From Centroscyllium fabricii (lineage: Eukaryota): a DNA stretch of 64,000 bases. This document shows positions 24,847 through 35,882 of the stretch, piece after piece. The translations under genes and the position numbers were made by a program. Numbering within the stretch: the stretch's first letter is position 1; each line of letters starts with the position of its first letter. The stretch lies in assembly GCA_051313645.2 (NCBI GenBank), contig JBNRSN020000001.1, forward strand, positions 133,238,001 through 133,302,000, given 5' to 3'. A model generated the notes under the pieces. That model searched no databases and was not told the origin of the DNA. It worked only from the letters and a program-made list of their open reading frames with translations.

Positions 24847-26221
24847 ATGGCCAGATGGAGGACGGCAAACAGGCCTCTGTACAGGCGACCTTATCCTCCC
24901 AGGATATTTAGCCAACAATTCTCATACATTAATATGTCTGAGGAGCAGTGTTTGCAAAAGCTGCGCTTCAGCAAGGAGGTGGTCACTGAGCTCTGCCACC
25001 TGCTGCAGCCTCAACTGAGGAGCAGGACGTCTCTGTCGGTGGCAGTGAAGATCACAGTGGCTCTGGACTTTTATGCCACTGGCTCATTTCAATCAGCTAC
25101 TGGGGACATCGCTAATATCTTCCAGTTCGCGGTCCATTGCTGCATCCGTCAAGTCACAAATGCCCTCTATAAAAGGAGCCAAGAGTATATCTCTTTCCCC
25201 ATGACCCCGGCCAAGCAGCATCAATGCGCAATGGGCTTTGCGAGGATAGTGGGCTTCCCCATGGTAGAGGGCGCCATTGACTGCTCGCATGTGGCTTTGC
25301 GTGCTCTGCATGAGAATGCAGAGGTCTATGAACATTATAAAAGACCCCACACACCCCAGCCACAGTCTGTTCGCCCCTCTGCCCTCCGGGAGACGCTACA
25401 GAGCAATTTGCACCCGCACGACTAGATTTCAGAACAGCTTCTTCCCCAGGGCTGTCAGCCTCCTGAACTCTAAAAAGAAACTCCGGTACCTGCACGCCTG
25501 ATAATGAACTTTACTGTATGCAATTTATTTATGTAATTTATTTCTTTTGTCTACACTACTCTCGGGAGAGTCGAGTCTTCGTCTCGTTGTATTGTACTAG
25601 TACTCTGCAATGACAATAAAACTTGAATTGAATTGAATTGCAGAGGATTTCTGCAACCGAAAGGGGTTCCATTCCTTAAACGTGCAGTTGGTCTGTGACC
25701 ACAGACAGCTGATACTCGCTGTCAATGCCCACTATTCTGATAGCAGCCACGATGCATTCATCCTGCGCCAGACTACTGTGGCACCGCATCACCCAGGTGG
25801 TTGGCTTCTCGGCGACAAGGGATATCCACTGTGTACCTGGCTGATGACACCGCTCCGTACGCCCAACTCCCCTGCTGAGCTGCGGTACGATGAGCGCCTT
25901 CTCGCTACCAGGAACATCGTTGAGCACACAATCGGCGTGCTCAAGCAACAGTTCTGCTGTCTGGACCACTCGGGAGGAGCCCTGCAGTACTCGCCTGAGC
26001 GATTCTCCCTCTTCGTTGTTGTGTGCTGCATGCTGCATAACCTGGCAATCCTCAGGACCCAGCCAATGCCACCAGGCCTTAGAGCACCACCAGAGGAGGA
26101 GGAGGAAGAGGAGCAGGAAGAGGAGGAGAATGATTATCAGCTGCACCAAGGTGGGAGGGAGGCTCACAATGTAGAAACTGGAAGAGCCGTACGTCAACGT
26201 CTGAAAGCAAGCCGCATCTAG
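24847..26221 (+). pseudogene. Harbinger transposase interrupted by a Rex1-like fragment
   Basis: [57 protein letters not shown] motifs. Confidence 0.9.
25325..25640 (+). mobile_element. Rex1/Babar-like LINE 3' fragment
   Basis: IIKDPTHPSHSLFAPLPSGRRYR; (TTGAA)n tail; TGCAGAGG-like target duplication on both sides. Confidence 0.85.
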
Positions 26222-26325
26222 GCCCATGCTGAGGAAATGGCTTCTGCCATTGAAAACAACATGAATGAAACCAACCCGCAACCCCTAGGCCAGCCAAGGC
26301 AGAAATGTACATTTTGAATACAAAA

Positions 26326-26771
26326 TGTGAGCTATAGGGGTGGTCTGTGGTAAAGCCACCACACCTGAAGCTAATCTTCCCCTTTAGCTCAGCACTTAAA
26401 AAGGGAGCTGGAGCAGTCCTGAGGATCTCTTTATGGGAGAGTTGGAAGCTTGTCGAGCCTGTGGACAGAGCCAGAACCCAGGACCTCAGCCAGCAGCTAT
26501 TCGATGACCAAACTACCAAGAGAAGGCCTGAGGGCCCGGAGTAGAAGGTAAAGTAAACCCCGAGCTTATGACTTTGGGCGGACGGGTATAAAGGACTTAT
26601 TGATTCGAACCTCGAGAGAGGACGAAGGACTCTATCAGACGGGGGAATTGGGCCCCGATGTTTAAATAAACCACAGCCAAGCGCTGTTTCCAGTAGACAA
26701 ACGTGTGTTGTGCTTATGTCCTCCAACCCCGTGACGTTATTCCCCCTCGGACTCGGGAACGGGGTGTCACA
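26326..26771 (+). repeat. 5' LTR
   Basis: TGTGA...TCACA, TATAAA and AATAAA inside; highly similar to 28999-29502. Confidence 0.92.
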
Positions 26772-26773
26772 TA

Positions 26774-26790
26774 TGGTGGAGAATGCGGGC
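26774..26790 (+). promoter_or_regulatory. Primer-binding site, tRNA-Ala
   Basis: TGGTGGAGAATGCGGGC two bases after the LTR, complementary to the 3' end of vertebrate tRNA-Ala(AGC). Confidence 0.85.
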
Positions 26791-26906
26791 GATTGCTACT
26801 TGAAGGCAGAGATCAGTTTGTGACTCGGAGGACTGAGCACGCAGAGGGTAAGGGGACAACGCCCTGAAGGGAAAAAAATTTCGAGGGGAAAACCCTCGGC
26901 AGAGCC

Positions 26907-28385
26907 ATGGAGGCCCTGGTACAACAACTGAGCTATGCCAGTATGGCCCTACACGAACGGACCCAGAGAATTCTGGAAGAGCAGTGCCGGGGCTATGAGC
27001 AACTGAGACAAGCCCTTCTCGACCGACTGAACGCCTCCAATGCTCCACAGACGGTCCGCACCCATCAACCCGATGTACCAACCGTCGGGCACTTCATGCC
27101 CAAAATGACCAATGGGGATGATATAGAGGCCTATCTTCAGGCTTTTGAGAGGATGGCCAAAAGAGAAAAGTAGCCTCCGGAACAATGGGCTGGGCTGCTG
27201 GCACCATTTCTCATTGGACCCGTCCAACGGGCATACCTGGACCTGGACAGTGACGCGGCGGCTGACTATGGGAAGCTGACCACGGAAATACTTAAACGGT
27301 ACAATCTGAGTCCGCCGATCCAGGCCCAAAGGTTCCATGAGTGGGAGTTCCGACCCAGTGAATCGCCACGGAGTCAAACGTATGAGTTAATGCGGGTTGC
27401 AGCGGGGTGGCTCCAACCCAATCATTTGACGGTGACCCAGGTAGTGCAGCAGCTGGTTGTCGACCGGTATTTACGGGCCCTACCCTACAAAATGAAAGAA
27501 GTGGCGAGCCAGGCTAATCCCCAAACATCAGATCAACTCATCGCGCTAGTAGAACGGCACCAGGTCACTAGCGCCCTCCTGAAACCCAGCAGGTCAGAAA
27601 GGTCCCCGCAGTACCCGGAGAGCGGGAGGCCGGGAAGGGCTAGGGCACCGGGTCACCCAGACGAGGGCCGTCAGAGAGAGGTAACCCAGGTCCGAAAACC
27701 AAGCCGTTTTCCGATCCTTTGGGATTCCCGGCGTTGTGGGGAGTTTGGTCATATATCCTGGCACTGTCCTCGCACAGATGAGCCCATGCCGACGGAGGGT
27801 TCCCCAGACACGGGCTGCAGATGGACCTGCAATCTGCTGATGTCCAGCGGGGGACATGAAGAATATGGCCCCCTCATGGCCGCCATCCACGTCAACGGCA
27901 AGCCGGCCCAAGTGATGATCGACACCGGAAGCACAGTCTCCCTGGTACAACCACACCTCGTAGAAGGGGGTCCAGGACAAACCTTCGGAACCCTTAGGGT
28001 TTTGTGTATCCATGGGGATACCAAGGAGTACCCCACAGAAGAGGTAGTCATATCCTCTGACCGAGGAACTTGTAAAATGCGAGTGGGGCTAGTTCCAAAT
28101 TTACCAGTCCCTTTCCCCCTTGGCCGAGATTGCCGACTACATGCGGACCTCTGGAAGGTTGAGGCGTCGGTCCCCAGAGGTAACTTTGTGAAGACGGATG
28201 AAAATGCCATGGAATGTTGCGAAGCTCCTCCAATGAATGGAGATAGAGATCAGATCAAACTCTCCTCTCTCCAGCAGGACAATGGAATCAGCTTGGACGA
28301 ACACTTAACAGACGAGGAAAGGGCAAAAAGGAAAGCAGAAAGGCGTAGAGCCAAAAAAAAGCGTCGAGAGAGAGAAGAAAATTAG
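26907..28385 (+). pseudogene. Gag (SCAN-like) - protease ORF with one stop at about 27171 and a foreign C-terminal extension
   Basis: DDIEAYLQAFER, WLQP, CGEFGHISWHC, MIDTGS motifs. Confidence 0.85.
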
Positions 28386-28998
28386 GAAAAGGAAAAAGCA
28401 ATGAAGAGAACCAACTGTTAAAATACAGAACACTACGGAGGGTACAGAAGGAGGCTTGCAGGACAAGATAAAGGAGATCTGGCCGGTGGTACGGGAACAC
28501 ATGACACAGGCCCAGAATGAGCAACAGCGCGTGTACAACCGCGGGAGTTCCAGACAGGGAACCGTGTGCTAATATTGGTGCCCACGGTTGAGAACAAGTT
28601 CTTGGCCTCCTGGCAGGGCCCCTATGAGGTGATCGAGAAGGTGGGACCGGTCAATTACAAAATAAACCAGCCTGGAAGATGCAAGCCCACCCAAATTTAC
28701 CATGTCAATTTGTTGAAGAAATGGTATGACCGGAAGACGTTGTACAGCATCCTTCCTCTGCCCAACGATGTCCAGAGTTTCCTCAGGGAAGTCGTGCTCC
28801 TGGGACCTGACCTGTATGGCACACAACCGAGAAACTAATTCCAGGATTACAAGGTGGTTCCTGAGCTTGCAACCGTATACATTTACTGTCGTACACAGGT
28901 CGGGTACCCACCACGGGAATGCTGACACCCTCTCCAGATGTGACACCCTTTGGTCTGTCTGCGCTCCTCCCCGAAGGACGGAGCTGAGGGGGGGGATA

Positions 28999-29502
28999 TG
29001 TGAGCTATGGGGGCGGTCTGTGGTGGATGGACGATATGTGGCCACTAGATGGAGACAAAGTCCCCATCTCTCTCTGCCCAAGTTAGGTAAAGCCACCACA
29101 CCTGAAGCTAATCTTCCCCTTTAGCTCAGCACTTAAAAAGGGAGCTGGAGCAGTCCTGATGGGCTCTTTATGGGAGAGTTGGAAGCTTGTCGAGCCTGTG
29201 GACAGAGCCCAGGACCCCAACCAGCAGCTATTCAACAACCAAACTACCAAGAGAAGGCCTGAGGGCCCGGAGTAGAGGGTAAAGTAAACCCCGAGCTTAT
29301 GACTTTGGGCGGACGGGTATAAAGGACTTATTGATTCGAACCTTGAGAGAGGACGAAGGACTCTATCAGACGGGGGAATTGAGCCCCGATGTTTAAATAA
29401 ACCACAGCCAAGCGCTGTTTCCAGTAGACAAACGTGTGTTGTGCTTATGTCCTCCAACCCCGTGACGTCATTCCCCCTCGGACTCGGGAACGGGGTGTCA
29501 CA
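28999..29502 (+). repeat. 3' LTR preceded by polypurine tract GAGGGGGGGGA
   Basis: TGTGA...TCACA; PPT immediately upstream. Confidence 0.92.
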
Positions 29503-30034
29503 TAAAATGTATTTATTTTACAAACTCTGTGTGTCATTTCCTCATGACAAATTAATAGAAAGAAACACAAAGAAACAGTCATTAACATTACTAGTTCTCA
29601 CAACCTGGAGATAATGTCCAAAACACTGAACAAAGGTTTGACCACGATCCTCGGCCTTCAATAAAAAAATCAACATTTTCCACACCTTCGAGGGTGATCA
29701 TCTTCCCTTGCGCACTTCCCCCCCCGCCCCTTCCCACCCTACTACTCCTCCGTAATGAGACCCTAGTGGCTGCAGCAAGGCTGGTGGAAGGCTGCTGATT
29801 ATCCGTACCTGAGGCTGCAGATGCCCTTGAAAGACGGCCTTGACCAGCTCTGGGTCTGGAGGGCCCGGTTGCAGACTGCACCAACTCTGTCTGTCCCACA
29901 GGCGGTGGCAAGTGCAGTGGAGAAGTGACAGTGGTGGCAGCAGGAATGCTGTCATCTTGAGAGAGGACAGCAACTCCCTGCTCGACCGACACACTGGCAC
30001 TCCCACAGGGCAGCACTTCAGCATCCGGAGCAAT

Positions 30035-30912
30035 CATTCGAGACTCGTCAGATACTGACACAGTCCGTGTCCATATGCAGCAAGACCTGGACAACATTCA
30101 GACTTGGGCTGACAAGTGGCAAGTAACATTCGCACCACACAAGTGCCAGGCAATGACCATCTCCAACAAGCGAGACTCTAATCATCTCCCCTTGACATTC
30201 AATGGCATTATCATCGCTGAATCCCCCACTATCAACATCCTGGGGGTTACCATTGATCGTAAACTGAACTGGACCAGCCATATAAATACTGTGGCTACAA
30301 GAGCAGGCCAGAGGCTGGGAATTCTGCGGCGAGTGTCTCACCTCCTGACTCCCCAAAGCCTTTCCACCATCTACAAGACACAAGTCAGGAGTGTGATGGA
30401 ATACTCTCCACTTGCCTGGATCCAACAACATTCAAGAAGCTCGACACCATTCAGGATAAAGCAGGCCGCTTGATTGGCAGTCCATTCACCATCTTCAACA
30501 TTCACTTCCTCCACCACCGGCGCACTGTGGCTGCAGTGTGTACCATCTACAAGATGCACTGCAGCAAGTCGCCAAAGCTCCTTCAACAGCACCTTCCAAA
30601 CCCGCGACCTCTACCACTTAGAAGGACAAGGGCAGCAGACGCATGGGAACAGCACCACCTACAAGTTCCCCTCCAAGCCACACACCATCCTGACTTGGAC
30701 CTGTGTCGCCGCTCCTTCACTGTCACTGGGCCAAAATCCTGGAACTCCCTTCCTAACAACATTGTGGGTGTACCTACACCATATGGACTGCAGCGGTTCA
30801 AGAAGGTGGCTCACCACCATCTTCTCAAGGGCAATTAGTGATGGGCACTAAATGCAGGCCTAGCCAGCCAGCGACGCCCACATCCCATCAATGAATAATT
30901 AAAAAAAAAAAA
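30035..30912 (+). mobile_element. Family A LINE 3' fragment with poly(A)
   Basis: MQQDLDNIQTWADKWQVTFAPHKC; homologous to 10200-11240; A-tail at 30901-30913; AATC junction duplication. Confidence 0.88.
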
Positions 30913-31690
30913 ATCTGCTAGAGCACAGGTTGCTGGCCTGCTGTGGCGTAGTGAGAGCCCCAGGGAAATGCGTCCGAACCAGCAAGAATGGCAGCAGTCA
31001 GTGCTCGCGTGGCCTCAATCTGAGTCTGCATGAGAGCAGTCTGAGATGGGTTCATGGCAGCCAGTGACTGAATTGCAGCACTAAACCTTTGCGTGGCAGC
31101 TGCCTGCGCTGCAGCGAAGTGCTCTACACTCCTTGCCAGTGATTCATTGCATTCGGACACCCTTCCCGCTGCACCCATGAGCTCAGTGTGCATGTCCACT
31201 GCCTGGGTGTTCATGTCAGCGATGAGCCACTCCTCCTCTGCGTCCAGTGCAGTAGGACTCTCTGACATACTCTCCCTCCGGGGAGAAGGCCCCCGAGCTT
31301 CCCTACCCCCATCGCGTTGCTGCAGCCCGCTGGGTCCTGGAGCTTCACCCTCATTAGACGCCTCCCCCCTGCTCCCCTCCAGGGAAGGCGTGTTCTCAGT
31401 GTGGGCATGGGCTTCCTCGGGAGAGGGTGGCGTTGAAGCTGAGGCTTCATCTTCCTCCTCACCTGCAGCTTCACACACACTGGTATCTTGAGGGCCCGTC
31501 TCCTCAGCTGGTGAATCACCATCTAAAAGCAGGGAGGTACAAGAGTGGCTTTAGCGTGAGGACAGGGGGCAGTAAGGGAGGCATGAGTGCAGCGATTTAG
31601 TAAGTTGGATTGAAAGTGTCAAAGGCTGGTGTTGTGAGGGACAAGTGGAATGAGAGAGGATTGTGATGAACCTTTTGGTGTGGTTCACAC

Positions 31691-31937
31691 TGTGCGGTTA
31701 TTGTATATAGTTCTGTTTAATGTGTTTGTATATATCTTGTTATATATCTGTTAATGTCTTTACCTTTCTGTAAGGACCTGTACCGGCTGACCCTGCCTCT
31801 GGGTGCTAGTATAAAGGAGAATGCTCTGCCCACTTATCTCTCATTCCAGGCAGGCTCATCGGGGACACGGTTCAGTTCCTTGTTAATAAAAGCCACTTAT
31901 TAAGAAACTCGCTGCCGTCTTAATTTGAGGCATCTCA
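31691..31937 (+). mobile_element. Probable solo LTR
   Basis: TG...CA, TATAAA, AATAAAAGCC, same layout as 54780-55069; no clean TSD. Confidence 0.55.
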
Positions 31938-32150
31938 AAGACAAAAAGGCACACCATTGCTGTCCAGAACGGAGTCGGCGTCTCCAGTGGCGACGGGACC
32001 GATCACCCAGCTTGCCACAGTCCTCTGGACGCGCACCTCAAGATCGTTGAGGAGTTCCAGCTGAGGCCGCCCTCCACCCGTCCGTTGTTGCTGTCTCCTA
32101 TTATGATATACTTGGCCTGCAAGAAAAAGGACGGCGTCTGAGTAAATATA

Positions 32151-32256
32151 CAGCCATGGTCTTGCCTGATGTGCCTCCCATAGGCGAATAGCCCTTACTG
32201 TGTGCAGCCATGGTCTTGCCTGATGTGCCTCCCATAGGTGAATAGCCCTTACTGTA
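32151..32256. repeat. 54-bp tandem duplication in a Harbinger partner intron
   Basis: CAGCCATGGTCTTGCCTGATGTGCCTCCCATAGGYGAATAGCCCTTACTGT at 32151 and 32205. Confidence 0.92.
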
Positions 32257-33074
32257 TACAAAGTGTGGAATGTGCGTGTGTGTTTCATGAGAGGGCCATA
32301 GGTGTTGGATGAGTGTTGGGCATTGGGGTTTTAAGACCCTCTGGGCACAGAGTGAGGTTGAGATGGAGGGATGGAGAGGTATTGAAAAAAAGCCACTCAC
32401 CCTGATGACTCGAGTGAGGTCGTTGAACTTTTTTCTACATAGTATATGGGTCCTGGGCACCATGCTCCTGGAGGAGATGTGCTGAGCCACCTCCCTCCAT
32501 ACTCTTCTGTACTCGCGCAGCAAAGGCCTCCTGCCACTCTCTGAGTAAAGTATTGATCTTCTGTGCTCCACCGCGCCAACCAGGCCCTCCAAGGCCCACT
32601 TGCCGAAGCGCTGTGCTCACTCCCTGGCCCCCTCCATAGTCGTTGGCTGCAAGATTTAGCCATAGGTCTCTCCAGGCCGAGATTCAAGGCTTCAATGAGC
32701 AGGGTGTGGCTGGAGAGCAAGATCGACCCTCCCCTTTAAGAACTGGCCAGCGCCAGTGTGTCTGTGTTCCATCGCTAACTGACAGTACCTGCGCGGCGCA
32801 CACGCTCTGAGTTAGCGCCTCGCTCCTCGGCCCTTGCGCCTTAAGAGAGGGGTGTAGTGCCTGATTTAGCGCTCCAATCAACTCCAGGGGCGATAAAAGC
32901 CAAGTTTGCAGTCTGAGGCGATAATTAGCGCCAGGCGCTAAACTTTGCGCACAGCCGATAATCACACCCCAAACGGGGCGATACTGAATTACACCCCGCC
33001 CCCCCCCGGTCTTTAAATTGACTAAAGTCAGCTACTAACTGACTCTTCGGTTACACTCCAGTCAATTAATAGGA

Positions 33075-33476
33075 CATAGAAACATAGAAGATAGGAGCAG
33101 GAGTAGGCCATTCGGCCCTTCGAGCCTGCTCCGCCATTCAATGAGATCATGGCTGATCATCCAAACTCAGTACCCTGTCCCTGCCTTGTCCCCATATCCC
33201 TCGATCGCTATCGAGCCTGCACCGACACATATCCCAACCTATCCCCGTAACCCCACATATTCAATCCCCCTAACACTAAGGGTCAATTTATCATGGCCAA
33301 TCAACCTAACCAGCACATTTTTGGACTGTGGGAGGAAACCGGAGCACCCGGAGGAAGCCCACGCAGACACTGGGAGAATGTGCAAACTCCACACAGATAG
33401 TACCCGAGGCTGGATTTGAACCCGGGTCTCCAGTGCTGTAAGGCAACAGTGCTAACCACTATGCCACCGTGCCGTC
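33075..33476 (-). mobile_element. HE1-type SINE with extended CR1-derived tail
   Basis: Same head and V-domain as 20260-20571; tail ends (TTCTATGT)n. Confidence 0.9.
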
Positions 33477-34470
33477 CACCTGAGCAAACAAGTGTGTTTG
33501 ATCCCATATGTAATTTTTTCATTGCTGACAACTAACAGAAGCATTGTTCGCTAGATAAGTAAGTTGACAGATATCCAATCTTACAAAGAAAGTGACAAAT
33601 TACCACTCAGGTGGATATACCAAATTTGTTGGAGTGAACTCCTGAAATTCTGGGACAAAATTATATCATTTTAATTTGAAGCTCACCTTTGCTTACAGCT
33701 TGCTCATGTGACATGGCCAACTCACAAATAGGATTTGCCCAATGTTGATGAGCTCTGCATTTCAACTCACTGATATTAGGATTGCTGTTTATAACCGATG
33801 CAGAGGTGAATACTGTATTAATTATATAATGCTGTCAGCGTAGGGAAAATGTTAGTGTTAATGTTGATCCAAACTGAGGCTAATTAAGTATATAGAGACT
33901 GATTTTTACTTTTTTGAATGAGAACAAAGGCACTTAAAAAATCAAAGCCTTTGACATGGACTGTGTTTGGAATGCTCTTGAATACCTATGCAGTATAGTC
34001 ATTAGTTGGTTACTTAAACAGTTTTGTAAAATAATCAGCTGACTGTTTTTGGGAAGTAAAACCTGCAGCTCCCATGGCCTCATGATTTGGCTGCATTTGT
34101 GGGACAAATAAGAGGTAATAAAGCATCGCCATCAGTTTAAGTGAGTTGCAGTATTTGAAGGATATCACTGATCATCCATCTTCCCACATCTCTGAGGAAC
34201 AGTGAAGCAATCACAATCCAACTCAAAGCTTCACTAACAGTTTTTGCATAGTGTGCAGCAGATGATGCATGCTAAACCCATCAGTGAGATAGGAGCGAGA
34301 CCGTAATTGCAGTTAATAAATTGGCATTCGAATAATTTAAATTTGTAAAAAGGAATTGTGGCAGTATTCTCAAATAGATATCTTGTTAAGAATGTAATGT
34401 AAGGAAATAATGTACTTACTAGTAATTGTACTACAAGTGTTTTATGATGAATGTTATTTTTTTGAAACAG

Positions 34471-34550
34471 CCAAGCCAAAGCTATGTATGCTTGTAAAGC
34501 AGAGCACAGCCACGAGCTTTCTTTCCCACAGGGGGCAATGTTCACTAATG
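34471..34550 (+). CDS. ARHGAP42: ARHGAP42 SH3-domain first exon ([26 protein letters not shown])
   Basis: aaacag acceptor, GTGAGT donor at 34551. GRAF-family SH3 start; the [11 protein letters not shown] variant points to ARHGAP42 rather than ARHGAP26/10. Confidence 0.95.
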
Positions 34551-35882
34551 GTGAGTTTTAAGATTATTTATAAAAGAATTCTTGTTGTAAAATCCAAATC
34601 AAAATACTGGTTAACATTAACTGTTCAAATATGAATTCATTGTTAGACAGTGCCTGTATCTATTTGGAATACATAAGAACATAAGATGGGTTATATATTC
34701 AGATTTATAAATCGTCCCTTACTCATTTAATCACCACATACAATTAAGAATTTGTATCATTCCATCAAGAGTGGGGCTGAAGTAATTGAGTTGGAATTTC
34801 ATCTTCATAAACTATCTTGATCAAGTGACCTTCTCTGCTGTATGCAAGGTCTTGATCTAGGCCAGTCTCTTTTACTGTTGCTGTCGGTTTTCTCTGTTGC
34901 CCTGCACATTGGAAAAAGTACATTTTCAGCATTTATTGGTTGCTTGGTTCTATTTACTCAGCCTAGTTTTTTAATGCTCTGAAAACAATCTAGTAGTAAA
35001 GGTTTGCAAGTTTATCAACTTCTGGTAAAGATTTATAAAGTTTTAGAAATACTGAGTCATCAGTGCTACTTTAACCCAGCAGATGCTTGCGGCATTCCTG
35101 CATTGATTCACCAACTTAGTTGGTTCAGTCTTAGTTAACCGCTCTTTGACTTCCTGTCAATTACAGCTTCCAGTTCAAACTCCTCATTCTAAACTCTCCA
35201 GTGCCTGATATATGCAACCTGTTTCTGCTGTCATTTATTTTCATAATGAATTTTCAAATGTGTACCCTGTTCTAAATTCTACACCAGAGCATGACACAGC
35301 CATTTCAATCAATGTAATGCTGTGTTGAGTGCAAGTATGTCCAAGCTGAATTCCTCCAGCCATAGCAAAACCTTGGATTCCAGTTCTGTACTGAAAGATT
35401 TTACCAGCTCTAGATCAGATAGGGAATCTAATGTAAGCTCTCAGCCAATGTTCTGAAAAGCATTTTCTAGTCAATCAGTATTTTATGCCAGTTTGCATAG
35501 TGTTGATGTTCTCCAGCATTCGTCACAAATCCATGCAGGCATATGCACAGCAACCAGTCCAAGGTTGGCTCCATTGTACCAGTGACCAAAGTGCCTTTCA
35601 CCTTCATCTTGAAGTAGAGAACTTGGGCTCTGCTCAGGTATTGTTCCAGGTAGGTACCAACACAGAAGCACAACAAGAGGAAGGGATGCTCTACCACTAC
35701 ATACTCCCATCAAACATATCGGCTTCCATTGACTACTTGAACAGCAAAACATTAACTGAAAGATTTTTTGAGAGTTATTCAATGCTGTGTCCTCATCTAT
35801 TGCACGGACAGCAAATCCATGATTTTATTTACATTAACGTAGTTCCCAAAAGCACAGATATTCAGGTTGATCGAGGTCCTCA

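Larger units (their letters stand above)
26326..29502 (+). mobile_element. Gmr1-like Ty3/Gypsy LTR retrotransposon, internally deleted
   Basis: Paired LTRs, PBS, PPT, SCAN-like Gag, zinc-knuckle remnant, IDTGS protease; integrase C-terminus (WQGPY) lies before the RNase H C-terminus (NADTLSR), the Gmr1 domain order. Confidence 0.92.
29700..32592 (-). pseudogene. Harbinger Myb/SANT-like partner gene (spliced, decayed)
   Basis: VWREVAQHISSRSMVPRTHILCRKKFNDLTR, RQQQRTGGG second exon, acidic linker and helical C-terminal exon. Confidence 0.82.
24290..32997. mobile_element. PIF/Harbinger transposon (family 2) expanded by four nested insertions
   Basis: Termini GGGGAAAAATTCAG / CTGAATTACACCCC; collinear with the uninterrupted copy 35883-39747. 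Confidence 0.88.
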
